DNA of 59,880 nt, taken from NCBI GenBank assembly GCA_964643685.1, contig CAZXTN010000002.1:28069-87948 (forward strand), read 5' to 3'. Origin of the DNA: Candidatus Micrarchaeota archaeon. GTDB taxonomy: Archaea; B1Sed10-29; JAJRYS01. This document shows positions 36,471 to 45,790 of the stretch, one piece after another (the first letter of the stretch is position 1; each line of letters begins with the position of its first letter). The notes under the pieces are model-generated. The model was given only the letters and a program-made list of their open reading frames with translations, ran no database searches and was not told the DNA's origin. The translations under genes and the position numbers were made by a program.

Positions 36471-38201
36471 TCACTTTACAGTGACGCTTTTAGCCAAGTT
36501 TCTTGGCTTGTCAGGATCCAAGCCCTTTAAAACAGCAATGTAATAAGCAAGAATCTGAGCAGGAACCACAAACATCACTGGATTGAAATCGCCAACATCA
36601 AACACTTTAATCCAGTCATCAAACACCTCAGCTTTCTTCTCAGACACGCCTATAATCCACCCGCCTCTGCTTTTCATCTCCACAGCATTCGACAGCGTCT
36701 CCTTGTCGTCTCCGAAAACAATGCAAGGAGTGCCCTCCTCAACCAAGGCAATGTTGCCGTGCTTCAATTCACCACCTGCAAAAGATAAAACAGGAATGTA
36801 AGAAACTTCCCTTATCTTCAAGCCAGCTTCCAAAGCAGTAGCATAATGCTCATTCCTCCCTATGATGACAATGGCTTTCGCATCCTTCATCCTGTCAGCA
36901 ATTGCCTTAATCCTCTTCCTTTCTGACTTGCTTGTCAAGTTATACAACTCATTCCAAACCAAATCCAAACTGCCTTCTCCCCCAAAAGCTTCTTGAATAA
37001 TCAACACAAGCAAAGCAACTTGCGAAGTATAGGATTTCGTGGACAGCACGCAGATTTCAGGCCCTGCATTCAGCAACACAGCTGAATCGCTTTCCCTTTC
37101 AAGAGAAGAGCCTTTGACATTAACCAAGCTGAAAACTTTGGCTTCTTTTTCCTTAGCTTCTTTCACAGCTTCAAGAACATCAGCTGTCTCACCGCTTTGC
37201 GAAACAGCCACAACAAGAGTATCAGAATTAACTAAGTTCACATAATTGCTGAATTCAGAGGACTGCACTGCCCTTGCATCAACTCCTTTCTTAACAAGCA
37301 AAAGCTCAGCTGACAAGCACGCGTGAAAACTAGTGCCAGAGCCAACAAGCAGGATGCGCTTGGATTTTTTAAACAACTCAGCTGCTTGGCTCAAGTCCTT
37401 CCTTTTTGAAATGTTACGCAGAACTTCAACTTGCTCCAGAATTTCCTTCAGCATGAAATGCTTGAACTCCCCTTTCTTCGCCTGCTCAACATCCCAGTCA
37501 AGAGAATCAATAACAATCTCAACATTTTCATTCCTATGCAAGTTAAATATGCTGAAGTTTTCACGGGACAAAGTGAAGAAGTCGTAATTATTAAGCCACA
37601 CGACGCGGTTAGCCCTAGCTAAAAAAGCAGGAGCGTCGCTTGCTGCATAAAAACCCTTGTCAGACACTCCTAAAACAAGAGGAGAATCCTTTCTTATCCC
37701 GTAAATTTTATCTTCATTTTTTTTCAATACAAGCACTGCAAAACTGCCTTCAAGTTTCATGAAAGCTTTTTTCAAAGCAGTTTCAAAATCACTTCCCTGC
37801 TTTAATTCTTCTTCAATTAAATGAGGCACGACTTCGCTGTCAGTCTCGCTTTTAAACGCATGCCCCTTGCTGATTAAGTCTTTTTTTAATTCCTCGTAAT
37901 TTTCAATAATTCCATTATGCACGAGAGCTATTTCTCCGCTGCAGTCAAAATGAGGATGGGCATTTTGTTCAGTGACTCCTCCATGAGTAGCCCACCTGGT
38001 ATGCCCTATGCAAGTACTTGAATCAGCAAAGTTGCTGTCTAAACTGCTTACTTTTCCGACTTTTTTCAGAAAAGAAATTCCTTCACTTGTTTTCCAAGCC
38101 AAGCCATAAGAATCATAGCCCCTGTACTCTAAGTTTTTCAAGCCGTCTGCAACTATTTCAAAAGCGTTTTCTTCTCCAACATAGCCGATTATGCCGCACA
38201 T
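36471..38201 (-). CDS. glmS: Glutamine--fructose-6-phosphate aminotransferase
   Basis: 'MCGIIGYVG' N-terminal nucleophile, two SIS domains ('LLVGSGTSFHA', 'VSQSGETADV') and C-terminal 'LAKSVTVK'. The ATG at 38201 is 26 nt from a TATA box. Confidence 0.92.
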   Translation of the reverse strand: MCGIIGYVGEENAFEIVADGLKNLEYRGYDSYGLAWKTSEGISFLKKVGKVSSLDSNFADSSTCIGHTRWATHGGVTEQNAHPHFDCSGEIALVHNGIIENYEELKKDLISKGHAFKSETDSEVVPHLIEEELKQGSDFETALKKAFMKLEGSFAVLVLKKNEDKIYGIRKDSPLVLGVSDKGFYAASDAPAFLARANRVVWLNNYDFFTLSRENFSIFNLHRNENVEIVIDSLDWDVEQAKKGEFKHFMLKEILEQVEVLRNISKRKDLSQAAELFKKSKRILLVGSGTSFHACLSAELLLVKKGVDARAVQSSEFSNYVNLVNSDTLVVAVSQSGETADVLEAVKEAKEKEAKVFSLVNVKGSSLERESDSAVLLNAGPEICVLSTKSYTSQVALLVLIIQEAFGGEGSLDLVWNELYNLTSKSERKRIKAIADRMKDAKAIVIIGRNEHYATALEAGLKIREVSYIPVLSFAGGELKHGNIALVEEGTPCIVFGDDKETLSNAVEMKSRGGWIIGVSEKKAEVFDDWIKVFDVGDFNPVMFVVPAQILAYYIAVLKGLDPDKPRNLAKSVTVK

Positions 38202-38227
38202 GATAACAAATAATAAAGAACAAAGAG

Positions 38228-38235
38228 TATAAAAA
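38228..38235 (-). promoter_or_regulatory. TATA box for leaderless glmS
   Basis: The minus strand reads TTTTTATA, 26 nt upstream of the ATG at 38201. Confidence 0.5.
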
Positions 38236-38240
38236 TAAAT

Positions 38241-38915
38241 ATGAAAAGAAGAGAAATGCACAGAAAAAACACCCAAGCACGTGAATTGACAAAAGAGGAG
38301 TATTGGGAAATAAAAAAAGGGTATTTGTCAAAATTTGGAATAACAGAAAATGACATTGAAAAAAATTTGAAAAAAAGGCAAAATAAGATAAGTCACATTA
38401 AAAATGCAAAAGAAAGAAGCATGAACCTGCTTGACAGGACGATTGTCTTAAGATTGATTTTAGAATCAATGCCAGGAAAGACAATTGAAGAAAAAAGAAA
38501 AAAGTTTGAAGAAATAAGAAACAGTGACTTAATGGATTTTCTTGGAAAAATGCCAGGAGTAGGCAAAAGAAGCGGAAGCTCAGCTTCAAAAACAAAGTTT
38601 GAAAAAATGACAGCAGGCATTGAAAAAGTAACAATAGGCATAAGAGAGGAAATGAAAGAACTTTATGAAAAAAACTTTGACTTAGACGAATTCAGAAGAA
38701 ACCCTGAAAGAGCAGAGTTAAGAAGAGCAGCAAAAGACGCATTAAGACTGCTTAAAACAGCAGGGATAATAAAAATGGTAAGAAGCCCAAATGGAAGAGT
38801 TGAAAGAGTAAAAGTGCTTAAACCTGAAGCCCTTCAAAAAACAATTGAAACAGGATACATACAATTTCCAAATTTAAAACCAATATACGAAAGAGAAGAA
38901 AAAGAGACAAGATAA
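38241..38915 (+). CDS. Hypothetical protein (basic)
   Basis: 224-aa ORF. No motif recognised. Confidence 0.45.
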   Translation: MKRREMHRKNTQARELTKEEYWEIKKGYLSKFGITENDIEKNLKKRQNKISHIKNAKERSMNLLDRTIVLRLILESMPGKTIEEKRKKFEEIRNSDLMDFLGKMPGVGKRSGSSASKTKFEKMTAGIEKVTIGIREEMKELYEKNFDLDEFRRNPERAELRRAAKDALRLLKTAGIIKMVRSPNGRVERVKVLKPEALQKTIETGYIQFPNLKPIYEREEKETR

Positions 38916-38920
38916 GAGAA

Positions 38921-39340
38921 CTAGAACAAGTCTTCCAGCTTTATCTTCTGATTCTTAGGAAGGAAATCAAGAATGTAATTTTCAACAAAATCAACAAGCA
39001 CCTTGTTCAAAACATAATGATTACCTATCCTCTGAATAACCTCGTACCTCTCAAGCAATTCCAAGTCAGGCTTTACTTTCATTCCAACATTGAAGTAAAT
39101 GTCATCCAAATAAGCCTCTTCATGCTCAAGGATATAAAACAAGGCGCGGGCAAGCAATTCCCTGTTCTTGGATTCCAGAATCATGCTGCGCAGGGACTTC
39201 GCATTTCCAGTTTTGCCTTCCCTGATGCTGTAAAAAGACGGCTCTCCGCAATTCTTGCAAACCTTCCAGCCTTCCTTGGTTTCTCCGCTGAAGCCGATTT
39301 CCAAACCAGCTCCGCATTCAGGGCATTTCACAGTAATCAT
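38921..39340 (-). CDS. Zinc-ribbon protein with a helical C-terminal domain
   Basis: 'CPECGAGL...CKNCGEPS' forms a four-Cys ribbon at the N-terminus. 139 aa. Confidence 0.55.
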   Translation of the reverse strand: MITVKCPECGAGLEIGFSGETKEGWKVCKNCGEPSFYSIREGKTGNAKSLRSMILESKNRELLARALFYILEHEEAYLDDIYFNVGMKVKPDLELLERYEVIQRIGNHYVLNKVLVDFVENYILDFLPKNQKIKLEDLF

Positions 39341-39401
39341 ACAAATTAAATTATACGCAAAACACTATTTAAACATAATTGAGTTTAAAAAGAGGCTTGA
39401 A

Positions 39402-40541
39402 ATGAAAAAAAAGAAAATCAAAGAATGGAAAGTGAAAAACCAACGCCCAGAAGAAGAATATGGCGGAAAAGCAGAGCATTACTACTCAGAACAAGTTGCA
39501 GAAAACTACGCGCATTCAAAGCCCATGCAAAAAATGCAGGAATCAATTGCAGAAAGAGCCATTGAATTTTTAGGAATCAAAAAAGGTAGAATCCTTGACT
39601 TAGGAGCAGGCACAGGCTATTCAATGAAAAAACTTGAACAAAAAAGGTTTGAAGCAGTTGGAATAGATGTTTCAAATGAAATGATAAAACAAGCAAGCAA
39701 AAAAGGAATCAGGGTAATAAAAGCTGACATGAGAAGCCTCCCTTTCAAAGAAAACGAGTTTGACGGAGCAATTTCAATCTCAGCATTCCAATGGCTCCTT
39801 GAAGGAGACAAAAAAGAGGTAAGGGAAAACATTGAAAAAACAGCAGGGGAACTCAGAAGAGTTTTGAAACCAGAAGCATCTGCAGTCATACAATTTTATC
39901 CTAAAACAGAAGATGATATGAAGCTTTCTGCTAAGATTTTTTCAAAACAAGGTTTTGAAACAACAATAGCAGAGGACAATCCCAAGCAGAAAAACAAGAG
40001 AAAAGTTTACTTGATTGCAAAAAACAAAAAAGGAGACAATTACATCTCTGAAATTTATGAAAAAGCGTGGAAGAAAAAACAGGAAGAGAAGTACAAGAAA
40101 GCAATTCAGGTTCTTAAAAAGTATTTGGATGAAAAAGGAGAGGTTTTGGATATTGGAGCTGGACAAGGATGGTTTTACGAGAAGCTTGCTAAAAAGGGAT
40201 TCAGATTCAAACAAGTAACTGCAATTGAACCTGATGACAGAATGATGAAAAAGGAAAACGAGCAAAAGCTGAACATGAAATATGAAAATGAGACATTTGA
40301 GGAGTGGAGCGAAAAAAACAGGAATAAGAAGTACGATTATGTTTTTTCCTTTGATTCTCTTCACTTGCTGAAAAAACCAAGAAGTGTTTTGAATCACTTG
40401 AAAAAAGGAGGTATTTGTTTCATAGCTGTTCCATTTCATTTCGAAAACCTATTAAATCAATTCAATGAAAAGAATATAATTGAAAAAGGAGTAATTGGAA
40501 AACAAGAAAAAGACACTTACTTAATAATAAAAGAGGAATGA
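39402..40541 (+). CDS. Fused double SAM-methyltransferase (Bud23/WBSCR22-like N-domain plus a second class I MTase domain)
   Basis: N-domain: 'YYSEQVAENYAHSKPMQKMQ', 'ILDLGAGTGYS' and 'FDGAISISAFQWL'. C-domain: 'VLDIGAGQGWF' and 'YDYVFSFDSLHLL'. The ORF-track start at 39255 overlaps the neighbouring gene and is rejected. Confidence 0.7.
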   Translation: MKKKKIKEWKVKNQRPEEEYGGKAEHYYSEQVAENYAHSKPMQKMQESIAERAIEFLGIKKGRILDLGAGTGYSMKKLEQKRFEAVGIDVSNEMIKQASKKGIRVIKADMRSLPFKENEFDGAISISAFQWLLEGDKKEVRENIEKTAGELRRVLKPEASAVIQFYPKTEDDMKLSAKIFSKQGFETTIAEDNPKQKNKRKVYLIAKNKKGDNYISEIYEKAWKKKQEEKYKKAIQVLKKYLDEKGEVLDIGAGQGWFYEKLAKKGFRFKQVTAIEPDDRMMKKENEQKLNMKYENETFEEWSEKNRNKKYDYVFSFDSLHLLKKPRSVLNHLKKGGICFIAVPFHFENLLNQFNEKNIIEKGVIGKQEKDTYLIIKEE

Positions 40542-40547
40542 TGCCTG

Positions 40548-43163
40548 ATGGATTTCAATTTTAAAGAAATAGAAGAAAAATGGAGAAAAAAATGGAGAGA
40601 GGTAGGGATTTTCAAAGCTAAAGAAAAAGGGAAAAAATATTATGTGCTTGATATGTTTCCTTACCCCTCCGGCTACGGCTTGCATCTTGGCCATGCAAGA
40701 AATTACTTATTGGGAGATACTGTTGCTAGGTTTAAAAGAATGCAGGGTTATTCCGTGCTTTATCCCATTGGATGGGATGCATTCGGATTACCAACTGAAA
40801 ATGCAGCAATTGAAAAGGGGATACATCCATTCAAAAGCATTAAAGAGAACATTGAGACAATGAAAAAGCAGTTTGACAAGCTGTCTTTAAGTTATGACTG
40901 GGATAGGGAAATAAACACCTCAAGCTCAGAGTATTACAAGTGGACGCAGTGGATTTTCTTAAAAATGTACGAGAAGGGGCTGGCTTATCAGAAGTATACT
41001 ACTGCTAACTGGTGCCCAAGCTGCAAGACAACACTGGCAAACGAAGACGTTAAAGAGGGCAAATGCTGGAGATGTGACACTGAAGTAATTCAAAAAGAAA
41101 TCAAACAATGGTTTTTCAAAATAACAGAATATGCTGACAAACTGCTAGAAGGGCTTGACAAGATACAATGGCCTGAAAATTTAAAGATGATGCAAAGGAA
41201 TTGGATTGGAAAAAGCCAGGGAACAAACTTGATATTCAAAATAGAGGGAATGGACGAAGAAATCAAGACATTCACTACTCGTCCTGACACTTATTTTGGA
41301 ATAACTTTCATTGCAATTGCACCTGAACATGAATTAGTTGAAAAACTCATACAAGACACACCTAATAAGAAAGAGCTGGAAAAATTCATAGAAGAAGTCA
41401 AGAACCAGCCTGAAATAGACAGAATAACAAAAGAAAAAAAAGGCATATTCACCGGAAAATACGCGATAAACCCAGTTACAGGGGAAAAAATACAGTTGTG
41501 GCTTGCTAATTATGTCATAGCTAGCTATGGAACAGGAGCAGTAATAGCAGTTCCAACACACGACCAAAGAGACTTCGAATTTGCAAAAAAGCACGGCATT
41601 CCAATGAAAGTGGTGATAAGCAAGAACGGCAAACAAGAAGATGCTTCAAAAATGCAAAGGGCTTACACCAAAGAAGGGGTAATGATTAACTCTGAGCAGT
41701 TCAATGGAATGAAAAACGAGGAAGCTAAGAAAGCAATCACTGACTACTTGGTTGAAAAAGGTTATGCGGAAAGGGCAGTGAATTACAAGATAAGGGACTG
41801 GAATATCTCAAGGCAAAGGTACTGGGGAGCGCCGATTCCAATAATACATTGTGAAAAATGCGGAGCAGTTCCAGTGCCAGAAAAAGACCTGCCAGTTGAA
41901 TTGCCACTTGACGTTGAATTCGGAAAAGAAGGCACAGCACCGCTAGCAACTAATGAAAAATTCGTAAACACTGTTTGCCCGAAATGCGGAGGGCCTGCTA
42001 AAAGGGAAACAGACACCATGACAACTTTCGTCGACTCATCATGGTACTACTTGAGATTCTGTTCACCGAAAAGCAAATTTGCTTTTGACAAAGAAAAAGT
42101 TCATTACTGGATGCCGGTAGATCATTATACAGGAGGACTTGAACATGCTGTCGGGCACTTGATGTACTCCAGATTCGTCACAAAAGTATTAAATGAATTG
42201 GGTTACTTGAAATTTAATGAACCTTTCATGAGATTATTAAACCAAGGAATGATTCTAAAAGAGGGTAAAAAAATGAGCAAAAGCAAAGGAAATGTAGTCG
42301 ACCCGATTGAAGTTATTGACAAGCACGGAGTCGACGTGCTAAGGCACTACATTCTATCAGTAGCTCATCCTACCAAAGAATTTGAATGGAGCGACAAGGA
42401 CATACTAGGCTCAAAAAGAACAATAGAAAAACTAATAGAATTGAACGAAGAAACAAGAGGAAAAGAAAATGAATACATTGAAAGCATTGCCCAGAGAAAA
42501 ATTGAAAAAGTAACAAATTATGTTGAAGAGCTTGAATTCAATTCTGCTTTGCTTGAATTAACTGACTTTATTGACAAACTGAAAAAGCACCCGTCAGAAC
42601 AAGCATACAAGACACTTTTAAAATTGTTAAATCCTTTTACTCCGCACATCTGCGAAGAGTTATGGAGCAGAACAGAGGACAGCTTGTTGGCAAAGGAAAA
42701 ATGGCCAGAGCCAGATGAGTCAAAGATAAACTTGAAAGCAGAAAAAGCAGAAGAATTAAAAGAACAATTAGAACAAGATATTAAGAAAGTAATGGAATTG
42801 GCTAAAATACAAGAACCTAAAAAAATAAAAATATTCATAGCAGGAGAATGGAAAAGAAACGCTTGGAACAAGGCAAAACAAAACAAGGAAGAGAATAATC
42901 TAATTTCATTACTAATGCAGGATGAAAAATTCAAAAAACACGGCAAGGATGCAACGAAGTACGCGCAGTGGCTTCAGAAAAACAAGCACGCTTTGCCTGA
43001 AACAATGAGTTTCGAAGATGAAAAAGAAGCAGTTGAAAAAATAAAACAAGAAGTAAGCAAGGCATTCAGCAACGCTGAAGTCGAAGTCATTCCAGCTAAC
43101 GAGTCAAGCGAAGCAAAAGCAGGAAACGCCATGCCAAACAAGCCGGCAATATTAATTAAATGA
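40548..43163 (+). CDS. leuS: Leucyl-tRNA synthetase, bacterial-type core
   Basis: 'MFPYPSGYGLHLGHARNY', 'PIGWDAFGLPTENAA', 'NWCPSCKTTLANEDV...CWRCDT', 'MQRNWIGKSQG' and 'KMSKSKGN'. These align closely with E. coli LeuS as I recall it. Confidence 0.92.
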   Translation: MDFNFKEIEEKWRKKWREVGIFKAKEKGKKYYVLDMFPYPSGYGLHLGHARNYLLGDTVARFKRMQGYSVLYPIGWDAFGLPTENAAIEKGIHPFKSIKENIETMKKQFDKLSLSYDWDREINTSSSEYYKWTQWIFLKMYEKGLAYQKYTTANWCPSCKTTLANEDVKEGKCWRCDTEVIQKEIKQWFFKITEYADKLLEGLDKIQWPENLKMMQRNWIGKSQGTNLIFKIEGMDEEIKTFTTRPDTYFGITFIAIAPEHELVEKLIQDTPNKKELEKFIEEVKNQPEIDRITKEKKGIFTGKYAINPVTGEKIQLWLANYVIASYGTGAVIAVPTHDQRDFEFAKKHGIPMKVVISKNGKQEDASKMQRAYTKEGVMINSEQFNGMKNEEAKKAITDYLVEKGYAERAVNYKIRDWNISRQRYWGAPIPIIHCEKCGAVPVPEKDLPVELPLDVEFGKEGTAPLATNEKFVNTVCPKCGGPAKRETDTMTTFVDSSWYYLRFCSPKSKFAFDKEKVHYWMPVDHYTGGLEHAVGHLMYSRFVTKVLNELGYLKFNEPFMRLLNQGMILKEGKKMSKSKGNVVDPIEVIDKHGVDVLRHYILSVAHPTKEFEWSDKDILGSKRTIEKLIELNEETRGKENEYIESIAQRKIEKVTNYVEELEFNSALLELTDFIDKLKKHPSEQAYKTLLKLLNPFTPHICEELWSRTEDSLLAKEKWPEPDESKINLKAEKAEELKEQLEQDIKKVMELAKIQEPKKIKIFIAGEWKRNAWNKAKQNKEENNLISLLMQDEKFKKHGKDATKYAQWLQKNKHALPETMSFEDEKEAVEKIKQEVSKAFSNAEVEVIPANESSEAKAGNAMPNKPAILIK

Positions 43164-43235
43164 TTAAAATGGAGAAAAATTACGGTTTTATTCTTTTCAA
43201 GTACCTCGAAAAAATAAAAAAAATACAAGCAAAAA

Positions 43236-44531
43236 TCATGGTTTTATTCTTTTCAAGTCCCTCGGGTGCAAAACAACTTCTCTAATATTAGAAATTCCAA
43301 GCATCTTCTGCACAAGCCTGTCAACACCCAAGCCAAAACCGCCATGAGGAGGCATGCCAAACTTAAACGCTTCCAAGTAATCCTTGAAATTCTCAGGATT
43401 CAAGCCCTTCTTCTTCATGCGTTCAATTAACACATCATGCCTGTGTTCTCTTTGCCCACCTGAAGTCAACTCCTGCCCATCCTGCTCCAAGTCAAAAGAG
43501 CAACTGAACCCTTCGCCTGACTCCATTATATAAAATGGCTTCTCATCTTCTGGAAAACCAGTTAAAAAGAAAAAATCACTTCCTTTCTCCTTCTTAATTA
43601 ACTCCCCTAATTTTTTCTCATCTTCTGTTCCAATCTCATCGCCGATTTTTTTGCCAAGCAATTCAACCGCCTCTGAATAAGTTATTCTTGGAAAATGAAC
43701 TGAAGGAACTTGCAAATCAATTCCTAAAATTTTCAATTCATCACTGCATTTTTCCTTTACATGAGAATAAACGCTTACTACTCCCTCTTCTAAGAATTTC
43801 ATCACATCCTCCTGCGAGTCAATGAAAGCAAATTCAACGTCCCACATTGTAAACTCAGCCACGTGCCTTGACGTGTCGCTTTTTTCAGCCCTGAAATAAT
43901 TTCCAATTTCATAAACTTTGTCAAAACCAGTTGACATCAGCTCCTGCTTGTACAACTGAGGAGACTGTGATAAAAACGCCTTTTTGCCGAAGTAGTCAAC
44001 TTCAAACAAAGTCGCGCCTCCTTCAGCTCCGCTTCCTACAATCTTAGGAGTATGCACTTCAACAAAACCCTTAGATTCAGAGTAGTTGCGCAAAGCAGTT
44101 AAAACAGCATCGCGTATTAAAAAAATAGCTTTGATCTTATCTTGCCTCAAATCCATGAACCTGTTGCTTAACCTGGTTTCCAATTCAGAGTCAATTTTTC
44201 CTGAAATATCAAGAGGCAAAGGCACCTCCGCCTTGTTCAGCACTTGAATTTCATTTGGAATTAATTCCCATCCAGTCAAAGACTTCTCATTCTCCTTAAC
44301 TGTTCCCTTCACTGCCAAAACGCTTTCAGGAGTAATGGATTTAACCAGCTCAAAATTAGAATTGCTTGAAGGAATTGCAATTTGAGAAACTCCAGTAATA
44401 TCCCTTAATTTAATAAAAGCAATTTTGCCAAGCACGCGGATGCTATGCGCCCACCCAGCTAAAACAACTTCTTTGCCATAATCCTTCCTTTCAACTTCTT
44501 TAAAATAATGAGTTCTTATCATGCTAAACAA
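43236..44531 (-). CDS. aspS: Aspartyl-tRNA synthetase (archaeal type)
   Basis: 'LSQSPQLYKQ', 'FRAEKSDTSRH' and 'GGFGLGVDRLV'. 431 aa. Confidence 0.9.
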   Translation of the reverse strand: MFSMIRTHYFKEVERKDYGKEVVLAGWAHSIRVLGKIAFIKLRDITGVSQIAIPSSNSNFELVKSITPESVLAVKGTVKENEKSLTGWELIPNEIQVLNKAEVPLPLDISGKIDSELETRLSNRFMDLRQDKIKAIFLIRDAVLTALRNYSESKGFVEVHTPKIVGSGAEGGATLFEVDYFGKKAFLSQSPQLYKQELMSTGFDKVYEIGNYFRAEKSDTSRHVAEFTMWDVEFAFIDSQEDVMKFLEEGVVSVYSHVKEKCSDELKILGIDLQVPSVHFPRITYSEAVELLGKKIGDEIGTEDEKKLGELIKKEKGSDFFFLTGFPEDEKPFYIMESGEGFSCSFDLEQDGQELTSGGQREHRHDVLIERMKKKGLNPENFKDYLEAFKFGMPPHGGFGLGVDRLVQKMLGISNIREVVLHPRDLKRIKP

Positions 44532-44582
44532 ATCCCTTAAATCAATTGGAATAAATTAAGAGGAAAAGAGAATAAAAAGGTT

Positions 44583-45338
44583 TCAAAACCCAATTAATTC
44601 CTCAACTTGTTTCTTATGCTCGTCTTTTAACTTGTGTCTCGCTCTTACCAAAACCCACCTTACCCTTTTATCACCTGTTTTTGAATAATGTTTCGCCCAC
44701 TTCAAAGCATAACTCCTTCCTTTTTCATAATTTTTTTTGATGAACTCTCTTATCATCCAATCGCTTGCAGCAAGCACTTCCCTCTGCGCTTCATCAATCA
44801 CAAGCAAGTCAAGAATTTTTAAAGCAACATCATGCTCAGCATACTCATCTTTCAAAATAGTTATAAGAGAAACAGCTGCAAACCTCCTCTTCCATGGGTT
44901 CTTGCTTAACGCAAATTTTCTTAACTCAGGAATCTCCGCAGGATGCTTTTGAAAATAAGGACCGCTTACTCGCGTGCAGAACAAGTCAACATGAGCCCAG
45001 TTGTCAAAGCCCTCTGAAATTTTTTCAAAATCACTGACACTTAAATCAGCGTAAGCAAATGATTTAACTGCAATCATTTTCTTCTCAAAAACATTAGAAC
45101 CCCATAAAAAATATAAAAATTTCTTATAATACTTTGACTTCTTGTGCTTCTTCAAATGCTTAACCACTTCATCCAAATGCCTTGCCTTCACTCCAACAAT
45201 TTTGCTTGAAGTGTTGTTGAAGTAATTTTTCAAATCAAAACCAAATTCTTCTCTTCTTTCTTTCAAATACCTGTCAAGCAATTTATCTGCTTTTTTAAAA
45301 TCAGGCAAAGCATCTGCTATTTGAAACGCGCCAACCAT
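44583..45338 (-). CDS. DNA alkylation repair (AlkD-like HEAT-repeat) protein
   Basis: 251 aa and helical. 'SKNPWKRRFAAVSLI' and 'SDWMIREFIKKN' resemble the conserved W..R and W.(I/L)RE motifs of that family. Confidence 0.5.
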   Translation of the reverse strand: MVGAFQIADALPDFKKADKLLDRYLKERREEFGFDLKNYFNNTSSKIVGVKARHLDEVVKHLKKHKKSKYYKKFLYFLWGSNVFEKKMIAVKSFAYADLSVSDFEKISEGFDNWAHVDLFCTRVSGPYFQKHPAEIPELRKFALSKNPWKRRFAAVSLITILKDEYAEHDVALKILDLLVIDEAQREVLAASDWMIREFIKKNYEKGRSYALKWAKHYSKTGDKRVRWVLVRARHKLKDEHKKQVEELIGF

Positions 45339-45501
45339 TAAGTAGAAAATAAAGCAGTAAGAGAATAAAAAAGAAATTGATCAAAACTCAAAATGCTTTC
45401 AGGGAAAGTTTTGAACTAAAACTTAACTCAAATAAGGCTAAGTCAATTAAAAGAATTGCAAGATAACAATTAACTTTTTCATTTTATATCCTTCCGAAAG
45501 C

Positions 45502-45509
45502 TTTAAAAT
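45502..45509 (+). promoter_or_regulatory. TATA box for tRNA-Arg
   Basis: TTTAAAAT lies 27 nt upstream of tRNA position 1. Confidence 0.45.
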
Positions 45510-45536
45510 AGTTGAAATGAATAAATGTTTTTGCTT

Positions 45537-45611
45537 GGATCCGTAGCCTAGTCTGGATAGGGCAACAGCCTTCTAAGCTGTGGGTCGAGGGTTCGAATCC
45601 CTCCGGGTCCG
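45537..45611 (+). tRNA. tRNA-Arg(UCU)
   Basis: Acceptor GGATCCG/CGGGTCC, anticodon arm ACAGC-CTTCTAA-GCTGT, T-arm GAGGG-TTCGAAT-CCCTC. No encoded CCA. Confidence 0.9.
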
Positions 45612-45665
45612 TTTCTTTTTAATAAAAGTGTTTTTTAAAATGAATAAGCCATTGAAATGCAATGA
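45595..45665 (+). repeat. Direct repeat copy 1 (tRNA-Arg 3' end plus downstream)
   Basis: 'GAATCCCTCCGGGTCCGTTTCTTTTTAATAAAA' is identical (33 nt) to 45718-45750. Similarity continues for ~70 nt with scattered mismatches. Confidence 0.85.
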
Positions 45666-45717
45666 AAATGGCTTTATTTCTTTTGATGCAACTTTTCTTC
45701 TTAAGAAAAGATGCTGA

Positions 45718-45787
45718 GAATCCCTCCGGGTCCGTTTCTTTTTAATAAAAATGTTTCCAAAGTGAACAAGCCATTGAAACGAAGTGA
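45718..45787 (+). repeat. Direct repeat copy 2 (orphan tRNA 3' fragment)
   Basis: See 45595-45665. The offset is 123 nt, and this copy ends 3 nt before the argS stop. Confidence 0.85.
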
Positions 45788-45790
45788 GAT

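Noticed and set aside
39255-39401. N-terminal extension of the double-methyltransferase ORF, overlapping the zinc-ribbon gene on the other strand
   Set aside because: The extension has no homology-like features and overlaps 38921-39340. An ATG at 39402 begins the recognisable protein (MKKKKIKEWKV...).
45339-45790. A possible integrated mobile element at tRNA-Arg
   Set aside because: Only ~90 nt lie between the direct repeats, and no integrase, transposase or phage-like gene is nearby. It is reported only as a possible scar, not as a mobile element.
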